Of a stretch of 64,000 nt of DNA, positions 7,732 through 20,518 are shown one piece after another. The notes beneath the pieces were generated by a model. It was not told the origin of the DNA. It worked only from the letters and a program-made list of their open reading frames with translations, and made no database searches. This DNA comes from Theionarchaea archaeon (GTDB lineage Archaea > Methanobacteriota_B > Thermococci > Methanofastidiosales > SZ-28-30). A program made the position numbers and the translations under genes. Positions within the stretch are counted from its first letter, which is position 1, and each line of letters begins with the position of its first letter. Location: positions 1 through 64,000 of the forward strand of contig JACVGW010000004.1 of NCBI GenBank assembly GCA_018992565.1, read 5' to 3'.

Positions 7732-10248
7732 ATGCAGAATGGAATGGTTGTCAATGAAGAATTCAGAGCATTACAAGATGCAACCAACATTTTTGTGGGC
7801 AGAAAGAAGAGTGTATATGAGGAATACAAGACAAAAGCAGCCATGAATATCGGATTAATGGCAGAAGAACGTTCTGATTCTGCAGGATTTTACGGTAAAA
7901 AAGTATTGATGGATAGTATCTCACCTCACGCTATTTTTATTTGTGGGATGCGCGGATCAGGTAAATCCTACACACTGGGAGTTATTGCAGAGGAACTGGC
8001 CCTCACAAATGACGCAGTGGGTGTTATAATCATTGATCCTATGGGCATTTTCTGGAGCATGAAGAGCCCTAATACTGTGGAAAGAGAGCAGGAGCTGCTT
8101 GGGACATGGAATCTGAGTCCTAAAGGTATCAAGAGCGTGAAGGTTTTCATTCCTGCAGGATATGCTAAGGATGCTCCCAAAGCAACCTGGGACAAAATCT
8201 TCACCATCAGGCCTTCCGAGCTGACAACAGACGACTGGTGCCTGACCTTCGGATTTGATCGATTCGACACCATGGGGCTCCTGATTGACAGGGTGCTTGA
8301 AAAGATCAGAGAGGGGTACTTGACTGAAGAAGGAAGGACAGTAAAAGGGCTGCAGGATTCATACGGTATTCCGGACATGATTGCGTGCATTGAAAGCGAA
8401 GAAGGGATTCAGTCTCGACACCATGGGTTCAAGACCTCCACCCGGAGAGCCCTGATTGCACGGTTGAAAGGGGCTGTAGAATGGGGGATTTTTGACAAAG
8501 AGGGAACTCAGCTCCGGGATCTATCAAAAAGAGGACATATTTCCGTTATTGATGTCAGCTTCCTGCAGGACAATGTGCGTGCATTGGTGGTAGGTATTCT
8601 GGGAAGGAATATTTTGAATACTCGCAAGAGGCTCAGCAGGAAAGAAGCTGCAGGGTTTGCAGGATTGCTGGAGAGCATTCCCGTGACCTGGCTGATGATT
8701 GACGAGGCACATATTCTGGTACCTGGATCCGGGAGGAAAACAGCAGCCACTGATGCATTGATTGAATACGTGAGACAGGGAAGACAGCCAGGATGTTCCA
8801 TTGTGCTGGCTACCCAGCAGCCATCAGCCATTGATTCCAGAATTCTTTCCCAGGTGGACATGGTGGCATGCCATAAACTGGTGTATGAAGATGATATCAA
8901 AGCAGTGGTACGGAGGATGCCCTCTGAAGTCCCCGGAAGATTTCAAGAAGACCGGTTTATCAAGAACCTACCCATAGGGATGGCCATCATAGGAGACAAA
9001 CAGGAGGAGACTTCCCGCTGTTTTCTGGCCAGCATCAGACCTCGTATTTCCCAGCATGAAGGAAGAGAAAGACAACCCATCCTGGATGTAGATCCAGATG
9101 AGATGCGTAAGAACGTAAAACAACTGATAAGGGAAAAATGGGGAAAAGAGACCACAGATGGTCTTGAAAAACTCATCAAAAGCATTAATCAGGAATACAA
9201 GTTACACTTCTCGTTGTCAGAGCTTCTGGATGAACTGGCAGAGGAAGGATTGATTGAGACAGAGCTGGAAGAGGCAGAAGCCCCTGTATCACGAGAAGAG
9301 GAAGAGAAAAAGAAAGAGGAAGAGGGAGAGAGAGAACCCATAGCAGGGGGCAAGAACATCCCTCACAGGAAGTCTGGAGACCGCCCTTCCCTTTTCGATC
9401 TTGTGAATGTGGAGGTAACTCCGCCCGTGAGACCAGAACCTTCACAAAGGGCCGCAGCCATTACCTCGCCTGGCGCTCTTGACGTTCCTGACTCTGTAAA
9501 AGATCTCAGTCTCAAGAAAGCCAGGGTTATCCTCTCAGTGGTGGACGAGAACATCGAGAGTATTGCCATGAAGAAAGCCCGTAAGATGTTGTTCAAGAAA
9601 GACATCATCCACGGGATCTTCAAGATTTATTACCCTGTCTACCAGATCTTCTTCGATTACTATCCGCCAAAAGGGAAGTATCAAAGTCTTTCCTGCTTTG
9701 TGGATGGCATCACTGGTGAAGTAATGATGGGAAGAGGGCGAAGAACGAGAGGAGTACGAGATCTCATGGATCTGTCTCCTGACCAGAGAGCAGTAATGAT
9801 AGCCCTCATGAAGAAAGGGTCTGCAGCATTGACTGACATCATGAAAGCCACACACTTTGACAAGAAAAAAGTGAAGAGAATCATGAACTCTCTCATCCAG
9901 AAAGGACTGGTAGAGATAAAGAAACACAAGAAGCTGGAAAACAAGAGTTATGAGATTTTTCGATCCAGAATAGAGCACTGTATCATTGATGATCCCAGAA
10001 AGAAAATCATGAGGTATTTCCAGACAGATGAGGAATACCTGGACAGGGAATCAATGATACATCCCACTATCACGGAAAAGGAAGCAAAAAAGGCAGCTGA
10101 GGTCTGGGAAAGGTCCTCAGTGTGGGATACGGGATTAGTATATTATCCATATTTCCTGGTCTCGTATGAGGATAGGTACGAGATCATAGATGGAGTAACT
10201 GGCAAGGAAGATGGATACGTCAAGTCCATGCTGACTTTCAGACTCTAG
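7732..10248 (+). CDS. HerA/DUF87-family ATPase with acidic linker and C-terminal winged-helix-containing region
   Basis: Walker A GMRGSGKS, IIIDPMG, Walker B LMIDEAH, RQGRQPG, ATQQP; BRE/TATA at 7695-7711 favours ATG 7732. Confidence 0.8.
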   Translation: MQNGMVVNEEFRALQDATNIFVGRKKSVYEEYKTKAAMNIGLMAEERSDSAGFYGKKVLMDSISPHAIFICGMRGSGKSYTLGVIAEELALTNDAVGVIIIDPMGIFWSMKSPNTVEREQELLGTWNLSPKGIKSVKVFIPAGYAKDAPKATWDKIFTIRPSELTTDDWCLTFGFDRFDTMGLLIDRVLEKIREGYLTEEGRTVKGLQDSYGIPDMIACIESEEGIQSRHHGFKTSTRRALIARLKGAVEWGIFDKEGTQLRDLSKRGHISVIDVSFLQDNVRALVVGILGRNILNTRKRLSRKEAAGFAGLLESIPVTWLMIDEAHILVPGSGRKTAATDALIEYVRQGRQPGCSIVLATQQPSAIDSRILSQVDMVACHKLVYEDDIKAVVRRMPSEVPGRFQEDRFIKNLPIGMAIIGDKQEETSRCFLASIRPRISQHEGRERQPILDVDPDEMRKNVKQLIREKWGKETTDGLEKLIKSINQEYKLHFSLSELLDELAEEGLIETELEEAEAPVSREEEEKKKEEEGEREPIAGGKNIPHRKSGDRPSLFDLVNVEVTPPVRPEPSQRAAAITSPGALDVPDSVKDLSLKKARVILSVVDENIESIAMKKARKMLFKKDIIHGIFKIYYPVYQIFFDYYPPKGKYQSLSCFVDGITGEVMMGRGRRTRGVRDLMDLSPDQRAVMIALMKKGSAALTDIMKATHFDKKKVKRIMNSLIQKGLVEIKKHKKLENKSYEIFRSRIEHCIIDDPRKKIMRYFQTDEEYLDRESMIHPTITEKEAKKAAEVWERSSVWDTGLVYYPYFLVSYEDRYEIIDGVTGKEDGYVKSMLTFRL

Positions 10249-10457
10249 TGAAAGAAACAGAGTGGTTTGCCGCAGAAGAATACGATTCCTCGGGTAGAAT
10301 CCTGACACCGATCTGGAAGGCCTATTCACTGGAGTGAGACCATATCCACCTGAATCTGGGTATCATTCCAGGTACAGTCATTATTCAATACATACTGCAG
10401 AATTCATGATGTCCTCACTTGCCCTGCTCCCGTCCAGGAAAGACTCAGCATGCTGAC

Positions 10458-10760
10458 TCACACTGCAGGTTCTCTTCCTTTGGCAAACATGCCCACTTTC
10501 TTTATCTTCCTAGGCACCCGTCGGGCATCCACCACGATGAAATCTCTTATCGCCCGTAGAGCGGTAAAAGGTATCAGCACAAGCCCTTCACGGTCTGTCA
10601 GGAGCATCTCCCGCATTTCCTCTGTTGTGGGCTCCACCACCAGAGCCACCAGCTTGCCTGTCTTCTCATCGGCCACCACGTCAAACAGTAGCCCCAATTC
10701 GTGGCCCTGACTGGTGACCACCATTCGATCCCGAATTCTGGAGGCTGCAATTTTCGCCAT
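10458..10760 (-). CDS. PRC-barrel domain protein
   Basis: ASRIRDRMVVTSQGHELGLLFDVVADEKTGKLVALVV...IPFTALRAIRDFIVV; GGTGAC RBS; follows cdc48. Confidence 0.8.
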   Translation of the reverse strand: MAKIAASRIRDRMVVTSQGHELGLLFDVVADEKTGKLVALVVEPTTEEMREMLLTDREGLVLIPFTALRAIRDFIVVDARRVPRKIKKVGMFAKGREPAV

Positions 10761-10768
10761 AGTGTCAC

Positions 10769-13249
<2,481 letters not shown>

Positions 13250-13286
13250 TCAAACCATGGAAATTACAAGGCTTATCGATACCAAA

Positions 13287-13970
13287 ATGAAAAAAGCGCT
13301 ATGGATCGTGGGTATCGTTCTGATCATTTCCGCATCTCTTCTCAGCCAGGAAGCAACGGTAGGTCCGGGTGACATAGTGGTTATAGAGTATGTTCTCAGC
13401 ATCAACGGGACTATTGCAGACACATCCAATGAGCTAATAGCCCAGAAGGCCAACATTTACGACACGGAGAGAACCTATGAGCCTCTGACCATTATTATTG
13501 GGGGAAACCCTGGAGAGGCTGCAGTGGCTCCTTCTGCTGTGGAACGGGCACTCCTGGGCATGAAGGTGGGGGAGGAGAAGATTCTGCGATTGTATCCTCT
13601 GGACGCCTATGGATACTGGAAGGAGGAGAACGTTGTCAAGATGAACAGAGAAGAGTTTGAGACAAATAGCGGAATTGAGCCTCAGCTCAACGAAACGTAT
13701 CAGTGGGGAAATCGCCGGTTCACAGTATATCAACTCACGGATGAGTTCGTCTGGTTGGACTTCAACCACAGGTTTTCAGTCATTCCAACCAAGGCAACAG
13801 TTCTCCTCGAGGAGTTCGAGAAGAGTGCAGAAGCCCGGGTGGGGAATGTTGTCTCCTATCAGGGGCAGTACGCAGTCGTCATGGAAGTGACTGATACTGA
13901 TGTTGTGCTGGACCTCAACCCTGCCGTATTTGAGTTCAAAGTGGAGATTATTCAGATCAAAAAAGCATAA
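13287..13970 (+). CDS. FKBP-type (SlyD-like) peptidyl-prolyl isomerase with N-terminal signal/anchor
   Basis: GDIVVIEYVLSINGTIADTS...YEPL...ERALLGMKVGEEK...P.DAYG; DFNH; hydrophobic N-terminus MKKALWIVGIVLII. Confidence 0.8.
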   Translation: MKKALWIVGIVLIISASLLSQEATVGPGDIVVIEYVLSINGTIADTSNELIAQKANIYDTERTYEPLTIIIGGNPGEAAVAPSAVERALLGMKVGEEKILRLYPLDAYGYWKEENVVKMNREEFETNSGIEPQLNETYQWGNRRFTVYQLTDEFVWLDFNHRFSVIPTKATVLLEEFEKSAEARVGNVVSYQGQYAVVMEVTDTDVVLDLNPAVFEFKVEIIQIKKA

Positions 13971-14105
13971 AACCCTATCCTCCCGCAACTCCTTCTCTTC
14001 TTTTTAGAGGCAGTGAAGTGATGGAACAGAGGATTCAGGTCTGCCGGTTGAAGGAGATGGCTGGAGGCAGCCAACGTATTTATGGACTGCCGGCACACAC
14101 AGCAT

Positions 14106-14801
14106 ATGATTATTTGGAAGATGCTGCCTCTGTTGATTGTTGTCCTGAGTCTCAGTTCCTGTATGAGCCAGTCCGATCCTGTGACTGTGGTGGAAGAGAA
14201 ATCTGAAATTAGCCTTCCTGCCCCCCATTTCAAAGGTGACGTGTCTGTAGAAGAAGCAATAAAGAACAGAAGGTCTATGCGTGACTTTCGAGACACTTCC
14301 TTATCTCTAGAGCATGTCTCTCAGCTTTTATGGGCGGGCCAGGGAATCACAGAAGGATTCAAGAGAGCTGCACCCTCTGCTGGAGCTACATACCCTCTTA
14401 CACTCTTTGTTGTGGTGGGTGGTTCGGGCGTTGAAGAGCTGAATGCTGGCATCTACCAGTATATCCCCGAATCACATGAACTTCTCTTGGTGAGGGAAGG
14501 AGACTACCGGGAAAGGCTGGCTGCTGCCTGTTTGAGCCAGCTGTTCATACGTGAAGCTCCCATCAGCATTGTTGTCGTTGCCCTCTATGAGAAGACGACA
14601 GCACGATATGGAGAACGGGGTATACGATATGTGCACATGGAAGCAGGTCACGCGGGGGAGAACATCTATCTACAGGCAGAGGGACTCAACCTGGGGACTG
14701 TAGTGGTGGGAGCGTTCGTAGATGCAGAGGTTCAGTCTGTTCTCGGCTTACCTGAAGAGCTGATCCCCTTGTACGTAATGCCTGTTGGATTCCCCAGATG
14801 A
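14106..14801 (+). CDS. SagB/ThcOx-family nitroreductase-like protein, possible lipoprotein
   Basis: EEAIKNRRSMRDF, LLWAGQG, RAAPSAGATYPL, EAGHAGEN; lipobox-like LSSC. Confidence 0.85.
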   Translation: MIIWKMLPLLIVVLSLSSCMSQSDPVTVVEEKSEISLPAPHFKGDVSVEEAIKNRRSMRDFRDTSLSLEHVSQLLWAGQGITEGFKRAAPSAGATYPLTLFVVVGGSGVEELNAGIYQYIPESHELLLVREGDYRERLAAACLSQLFIREAPISIVVVALYEKTTARYGERGIRYVHMEAGHAGENIYLQAEGLNLGTVVVGAFVDAEVQSVLGLPEELIPLYVMPVGFPR

Positions 14802-14887
14802 CTCTGTTGCAGTTCGTAGCCTGAGTACTCCACAGCCCCTGTAGCTTTACTATCCTTTCGGGATCCGCGTAAACGATACTGCTCCTT

Positions 14888-16204
14888 TCACAGCCTTCTC
14901 AGCGCAAAGTCACATGCCGAGTGCAGTGCATCGTGTGAGGTGGATAGTGGCGGTGTATAGGCGAGTTCCATGGTGGAGAATTCATCCACAGTCATTCGGG
15001 CCTTCAGGGCAAGAGAAATAACATTCACCCTCCAGAATGCACCCACACCAAAGGCCTGGCCTCCCAGAAGGTGGTGATCCTTCTTGTCTACTATTAATTT
15101 GACCTTGACTGTTTCTTCTCCCGGGTAGTAGTCTGCAGTTACTCTTCCTGAACCCTTTCCTACAGCAATATCATATCCAAATCGTGACGCCTGGGCTTCT
15201 GTAAATCCACAGGATGCAATTTCCTTTCCTTCCAGCTCTGAAGCAAAAGTATTGAGGCATCCCTGATAGGCAGCACTCCCTCCCATGGCATTGATGGCAG
15301 CTATCTGCCCCATCTGCAGGGCGGATGTAGCCAGCTGCATCATCCAGGGCTCACCATTGATATAGGAAAATGTCTCTATGCAATCTCCACACGCATACAC
15401 ATCTGGGGCAGAAGTTTTCATCTTTGGGTTGACCTTAATCCCCCATGTTCCCATTGTAATACCTGCTTTCTCCGCTAGAGCAACGTTTGCTCTCACTCCC
15501 GCAGCAATCACAGCAAAATCTGCAGCATACTCCCTGTCTGCTGTGATTAGCACTCCCCCCTCCTGCGTAATAGATTCTACTCTCGCATTTACCACGACGG
15601 GGATTCCACTGTCCTCCAGGTGGTTCTTCACATCTGAGGCCATATCTTCGTCAATAGCCTGGGGAAACACCTGAGGAAGCATTTCCACCACAGTGACCTC
15701 TAATCCTCTGTTGTGAAGGGTGCAGGCAGTCTCCAACCCAATTGCCCCTGCTCCGATAACGACACAGGAATGAGAGACGTCCGCTTTCTTCTTGAGCTGG
15801 CCTGTGTCATCAATTCCAGAGACCACAAATGTTCCCTTCCCCAAGAGCTCTCTCGCTCCTTTGATTGGAGGTATCACAGGGGAAGTGCCTGTGGCAATGA
15901 TCAACCTGTCGTAGGAGATGGTCCTGCAGTCTCCTGACACACAATCGCACGCTTTGACTGTCTTTTTCTTGGTATCAATGGATTCCACAGTGTGAGAGAG
16001 CAATTTTTCTGTATTCCGCAATCTGATAGAATGTTTCAGATCTTCGAAAGATGGAATAGATTCATCAATGACATACGGGAGTCCACAGGGAGAAAATGTA
16101 TCAAAATCCCTCTTCTCAATGACAGTCAGGTGGGCACCACGCTTTGCAGCCTCCATGGCAGCAGCATATCCTGCAGTACCCATCCCAATGATAACTACGT
16201 TCAT
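14888..16204 (-). CDS. FAD-dependent NADH oxidase / CoA-disulfide reductase family
   Basis: IIGMGTAG, FSPCGLPY redox Cys, IGAGAIGLE, YACGD, LAYTPP. Confidence 0.9.
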   Translation of the reverse strand: MNVVIIGMGTAGYAAAMEAAKRGAHLTVIEKRDFDTFSPCGLPYVIDESIPSFEDLKHSIRLRNTEKLLSHTVESIDTKKKTVKACDCVSGDCRTISYDRLIIATGTSPVIPPIKGARELLGKGTFVVSGIDDTGQLKKKADVSHSCVVIGAGAIGLETACTLHNRGLEVTVVEMLPQVFPQAIDEDMASDVKNHLEDSGIPVVVNARVESITQEGGVLITADREYAADFAVIAAGVRANVALAEKAGITMGTWGIKVNPKMKTSAPDVYACGDCIETFSYINGEPWMMQLATSALQMGQIAAINAMGGSAAYQGCLNTFASELEGKEIASCGFTEAQASRFGYDIAVGKGSGRVTADYYPGEETVKVKLIVDKKDHHLLGGQAFGVGAFWRVNVISLALKARMTVDEFSTMELAYTPPLSTSHDALHSACDFALRRL

Positions 16205-16370
16205 AGTCTTGCCTTGAAGCAGAGTTTATATACATTGCGAGCACGCCTGCTGCTCTACACGCAGCAATCCAGAATCTGCTGCAATCCCAGTATCGTATCC
16301 TCTGAGGGCTGCCCATGACATGACTGTCAGTATCTGAATCTTTATAAATGCACTTCCCCCCTGTACCACA

Positions 16371-17045
16371 ATGAAAGAAGAAGTGACCCTGGGACAGACC
16401 ACGTTTATCCTGGTGGGAACGGGTCACGTCTTTCAAGAAAGCGTTGACCTCGTCAGAACCACCATTCTGGATACTGGTCCCGATTACGTGGCCCTGGAGT
16501 TGGATTCCAACAGACTGCGGGCCCTGCAATCAGAATCCAGGGAATCACCTGGATTTTTTCAGATAATGGGAATGGGCCTTCGAATGGCTATTGTAGGGAG
16601 CCTTCTCTCGTACCTCCAGAACAAAGTCGGGCAAGAAACGGGTGTCTTTCCTGGAGCTGAAATGCTTGAAGCAGCAGAAGCAGCCCACGCAGTGGGGGCA
16701 TCTGTCGTGCTGATTGATCAAGACATTGTGGCAACACTCAATAGACTGATTTCCAGTTTCTCTCTCAAAGACATAGTGAGAATACTCTTCTACCTGCTGA
16801 CTCCAACCAAGATGGAACTGGGCCACATTGATTCAGTAATGGTCGATTCATTGACAGAAGAACTGCGCAGAGTGAGTCCTTCGGCACATAGGGTGCTCAT
16901 ACAAGAAAGGGACCGCATAATGGCCAGGAACCTGTTATCCCTCTCAGGGACAGTGGTGGTAGTTGTAGGAGCAGGCCACCTCAGGGGGATCAAACACAAC
17001 CTCATCGAAAATTATAAAAGCTCGCAAAATGAGGAAATGCAATGA
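16371..17045 (+). CDS. TraB/PrgY family protein
   Basis: LVGTGHV, VALELD..R, PGAEM, LIDQD, LIQERDRIMA, VVGAGH. Confidence 0.85.
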   Translation: MKEEVTLGQTTFILVGTGHVFQESVDLVRTTILDTGPDYVALELDSNRLRALQSESRESPGFFQIMGMGLRMAIVGSLLSYLQNKVGQETGVFPGAEMLEAAEAAHAVGASVVLIDQDIVATLNRLISSFSLKDIVRILFYLLTPTKMELGHIDSVMVDSLTEELRRVSPSAHRVLIQERDRIMARNLLSLSGTVVVVVGAGHLRGIKHNLIENYKSSQNEEMQ

Positions 17046-17614
17046 AATTCAGTGAAAAAGAACTAGAAGACCTGGTGGTATCCTGGATTGTCCTGGGTAT
17101 TTCCTTTGCCGTATTCAGACTGGGGGTAAGCAGTCTGGTGCGAAATCCCATACTGATTGTGCAGATGCTCATCATAGTCGGAAGCGCCTTTGTCCTGCAT
17201 GAGCTATCTCACAAGTATGTGGCACAGAAATATGGCCTCTGGGCAGAGTATAGAAAATACACCTGGGGATTGGTGCTTGCTTTCTTTTTGGGGGTGACCC
17301 GATTCATTTTCTTCGCAGCTCCAGGAGCTGTGGTGATCATGAGCACGGGATGGGTTACCCGTGAAATAGAAGGTAAGACCTCACTGGCTGGACCTGTCTG
17401 TAATATTGCGGTGGGAGTCACAGCACTGCTGCTGAGATATGCAGGAATGTACCCTGGGTTCCTCACAGAATTGGCCATGATCAACCTGTTCCTTGCAGTC
17501 TTCAATTTGCTCCCAGTACCTCCCATGGATGGTTCAAAGATAATACGCTACAACCCTCTCCTGTGGACAGGTGTCTTCATATCAGCAGGACTATTGCTGT
17601 TCATCAGCTTCTAG
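17042..17614 (+). CDS. Site-2 protease (peptidase M50) family
   Basis: HELSH, AGP..N, FNLLPVPPMDG; ATGA overlap with the TraB gene. Confidence 0.9.
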   Translation: MKFSEKELEDLVVSWIVLGISFAVFRLGVSSLVRNPILIVQMLIIVGSAFVLHELSHKYVAQKYGLWAEYRKYTWGLVLAFFLGVTRFIFFAAPGAVVIMSTGWVTREIEGKTSLAGPVCNIAVGVTALLLRYAGMYPGFLTELAMINLFLAVFNLLPVPPMDGSKIIRYNPLLWTGVFISAGLLLFISF

Positions 17615-17709
17615 GACGCAGGATCTCTCTGCCTCCTCTTTTTCTCATCATCCTGCTACTCCTATCTCCACATTGCCAATGCTTAAGAACGCTCCATCAT
17701 AGTAAGGGC

Positions 17710-18579
17710 ATGGACGTCTTCTGTATTGGAAACCTGAACTATGATATCAGCTTTCACGTTTCCCGCTTGCCTGATATGCATGAGAAAATACGGTGCGATG
17801 ATGCTTTTTTTTCGTGCGGCGGTTCTGCTGGTAATACTGCATGCTGGCTGGGTTCATTGGGATTTGAAACAGGAATGGTGGGTGCTGTGGGGGAAGATCC
17901 TCTTGGCTACCTGCAACTTCAGGACCTTGCCTCTTATCACGTGAAAACAGAAACCGTAAGAAGAACCGGCGCAACAGGGATCGCAGTGATACTGGTAGAG
18001 GGAGAGGCAAAACGAATGATTAAATTCACCGGGGCAAACCAGTGGATTAGTGTTGATGAATCCATACGATGTGCCAGGCATATTCACGTATCCAGTTGCC
18101 CACTGACGATAGTCAAGGAGATCATAGCCATTTGCAGAGATGTCCCTCTTACTCTATCGTGGGATCCACAGGAGCTGCTGTTCACAGAACTCGTGCCTCA
18201 CGTTACGTATCTCTTTATTAATGAAGACGACCTCAGGAGAAAAATAGGAACAACTCCATTGAAAGAAGCTCGTGATGTTCTGCCTGCTCAATGTCTGGTG
18301 GTGACCAGGAATGGAGGAGGCTGTTCTATTCTCACACATGATACTATTGATATTCCTCCTTTCGGGTATGCTGCTGTAGATTCCACAGGTGCAGGAGATG
18401 CCTTCGATGCAGGGTTTATTTCCGGGCTGCTAACCCAGCACACACTGAAAGAATGTGGCATTCTGGGAACTGCCGCATCCACCATGAAAGTACAGCACCG
18501 GGGGGCACGGGGAGGTATTTGCCGCAGAGATGACTTCAATGCCTTCCTCAGAAAGCATGACCTCACCATTACTCTGTAA
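17710..18579 (+). CDS. PfkB/ribokinase family kinase
   Basis: GGSAGNTA, GAVGEDPLG, NEDD, DSTGAGDAFDAG. Confidence 0.9.
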   Translation: MDVFCIGNLNYDISFHVSRLPDMHEKIRCDDAFFSCGGSAGNTACWLGSLGFETGMVGAVGEDPLGYLQLQDLASYHVKTETVRRTGATGIAVILVEGEAKRMIKFTGANQWISVDESIRCARHIHVSSCPLTIVKEIIAICRDVPLTLSWDPQELLFTELVPHVTYLFINEDDLRRKIGTTPLKEARDVLPAQCLVVTRNGGGCSILTHDTIDIPPFGYAAVDSTGAGDAFDAGFISGLLTQHTLKECGILGTAASTMKVQHRGARGGICRRDDFNAFLRKHDLTITL

Positions 18580-18605
18580 TAGTACTGCTTTCAATCTCCT
18601 CACGT

Positions 18606-19115
18606 TCAGGAAAGCCTGTCCAGTATTTCACGGAGAAGAATCAGAAGAACCTCTTTCACGCTGTCTCTCTCGGTTGCCACACAGGGAATAACTGGAACAT
18701 CATCCAGCCTCATCTGCTGACTCAAGGTTTCCATAGGAAGAGCATGTATGTGATCTCTTTTTGTACAGGCAATAACAAATGGAACATCTGAATGTGAAAC
18801 AAGAAAGTCAAGTATCTTCCGGGCGGTGGGAATCTCCGGGGTGACACTGTCCACCAGAAGAATGAATCCAATAATATCCTCTTTCAAGATTTCCCACATG
18901 AAATCAAACCGTTCCTGTCCGGGAGTTCCAAATAAGTAGAGTGCCAGGTCATCATCTATTGTTATTCTCCCAAAATCCATGGCTACGGTGGTTAATTCCT
19001 CAGTATCGAGCATTTTCTTGTCTGTGTAAACAGGTTGTATCTCGGAAATACTGTGGATAAATGTAGTCTTTCCTGCATTAAAAGCGCCCGTTACCAATAT
19101 TTTCGCTTTCATCAT
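18606..19115 (-). CDS. MglA-like small GTPase
   Basis: GAFNAGKTT, TTVAMDFG, GTPGQERF, TKRD. Confidence 0.9.
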   Translation of the reverse strand: MMKAKILVTGAFNAGKTTFIHSISEIQPVYTDKKMLDTEELTTVAMDFGRITIDDDLALYLFGTPGQERFDFMWEILKEDIIGFILLVDSVTPEIPTARKILDFLVSHSDVPFVIACTKRDHIHALPMETLSQQMRLDDVPVIPCVATERDSVKEVLLILLREILDRLS

Positions 19116-19702
19116 AACCGCTCCACTCTTCTAATAATTCTTATCAACTGATCTCGTGTTATTCGTTCCAGAAGTGTCTGTTTCTCAACTACAACAGTCA
19201 CTTTGTTCTTGATGAAATATGGAAGCTGTTTGTCCAGGAACCTCGAAACAAGATCGCGGACTGCTTCAGATCTCCCTCCTCTTGCAGACACCCGTATTCT
19301 ACCAGTAAGACAGTCAGTCTCCACAGAGAGGTCCATCTCCTTCACTGATGCGGCAATTCCCTGCATGAGAAATAGCTCGGCAATATCGTGTTGAAAGTGC
19401 TTGATCTTCTGCTTGATCTGGCGGTGCTTATCAAGGAATTTTGCTGTTCTCTCCAGTGCAGCCACTATGAGGACTTCACTGACATCACTGTCTGTTGTCA
19501 CTCCCACCCATCCATTGTTAGAAAATCGGGCACAGAACCGTCCATTTTCACCTTCAATCAACAAATAATCGGCAATCTGAGAAGCTAGCATTTCATGCAG
19601 ATTTTCCATAATATTCCCAAAGATTGGAGTAGCTTCTTCTGGAGTGAATATTTCCCGGATTCCTCTGACCTGACGAAAGGCCATGGTTATGAGCTCTTTC
19701 AT
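19112..19702 (-). CDS. Hypothetical protein with degenerate Roadblock-like N-terminal half
   Basis: LLIEGENGRF...ALERTAKFL aligns by eye with VYVKGENGYV...DMKRTAEEI of adjacent MglB. Confidence 0.5.
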   Translation of the reverse strand: MKELITMAFRQVRGIREIFTPEEATPIFGNIMENLHEMLASQIADYLLIEGENGRFCARFSNNGWVGVTTDSDVSEVLIVAALERTAKFLDKHRQIKQKIKHFQHDIAELFLMQGIAASVKEMDLSVETDCLTGRIRVSARGGRSEAVRDLVSRFLDKQLPYFIKNKVTVVVEKQTLLERITRDQLIRIIRRVERL

Positions 19703-19749
19703 AGTGTCTCCTCTGGCTCACTTGACGGATGCTTCATTTTAAAAGGTTG

Positions 19750-20121
19750 CTACACATTCTCCTTGATCTCTTCTGCTGTTCTCTTCATGTCAAGAAATAC
19801 CAATCCAAGCTTAGCATCTTTACGAGCCAGAGCAGTAAGTACTGCGTTTTCCCCTGCGGCCATCAAGATTACGTATCCGTTTTCTCCTTTGACATACACC
19901 TCCGAGAGTTCACCCCGAGTCAGCTCACCAGCTGTCCTCTCTCCCAGCGACAGCATGGCTGCTGACATGGCAGCTACCCTGTCCTCCTCCACATCCCTGG
20001 GTAGAGCCGACGCAATCATCAACCCATCTACAGAAACGATGGCTGAAGCTTCAATGTCTGGTGTGGTGGCTTCCAGATCCTTCAACACCTGAGTGAGTTT
20101 TTCTCTTTTTGACAGTGCCAT
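19750..20121 (-). CDS. Roadblock/LC7 (MglB-like) protein
   Basis: SAIVSVDGLMIASALP...DRVAAMSAAMLSLGER...KGENG; GGAGGTGA RBS before ATG 20121. Confidence 0.9.
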   Translation of the reverse strand: MALSKREKLTQVLKDLEATTPDIEASAIVSVDGLMIASALPRDVEEDRVAAMSAAMLSLGERTAGELTRGELSEVYVKGENGYVILMAAGENAVLTALARKDAKLGLVFLDMKRTAEEIKENV

Positions 20122-20518
20122 TTTGTCACCTCCCTTGAAATGGTCACTACATCCTGCACGGTTTTGACCCGAAGGGGCAAAGATTACATAGATGTGCAGG
20201 CGCACTCCATCAGATTTCTTTCGAATATCAGCTTAAATAGGTTGTGCCCCTTCTGATAGTGTCATATCCTGACTGGCCGAGCTACCATACATAGCAATAC
20301 ATCAGTAACTATACAACTACAGGAAAAATGTTGCTGTTCTCTACCAATCTCTTCTCTTTCTTTTCTTTTTACCTTCTTCTCTCTTCCTTGTGACATCTCA
20401 ACTGGAACAACTCTCAGAATATGGAGGGTAACCGGTCTGCCACGTGAACGTTATCCTGACCAGCGCTCTCGTGGGCAAGAAATATAAGCATACCTCCACA
20501 ATGATACCAGGTGTACCT

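Noticed and set aside
10331..10380. TPP-riboswitch-like string (TGAGA...ACCTGA..CTGG..CCAG)
   Set aside because: Lacks the CGTAGG/P4 partner and P1/P2, and lies between convergent gene ends
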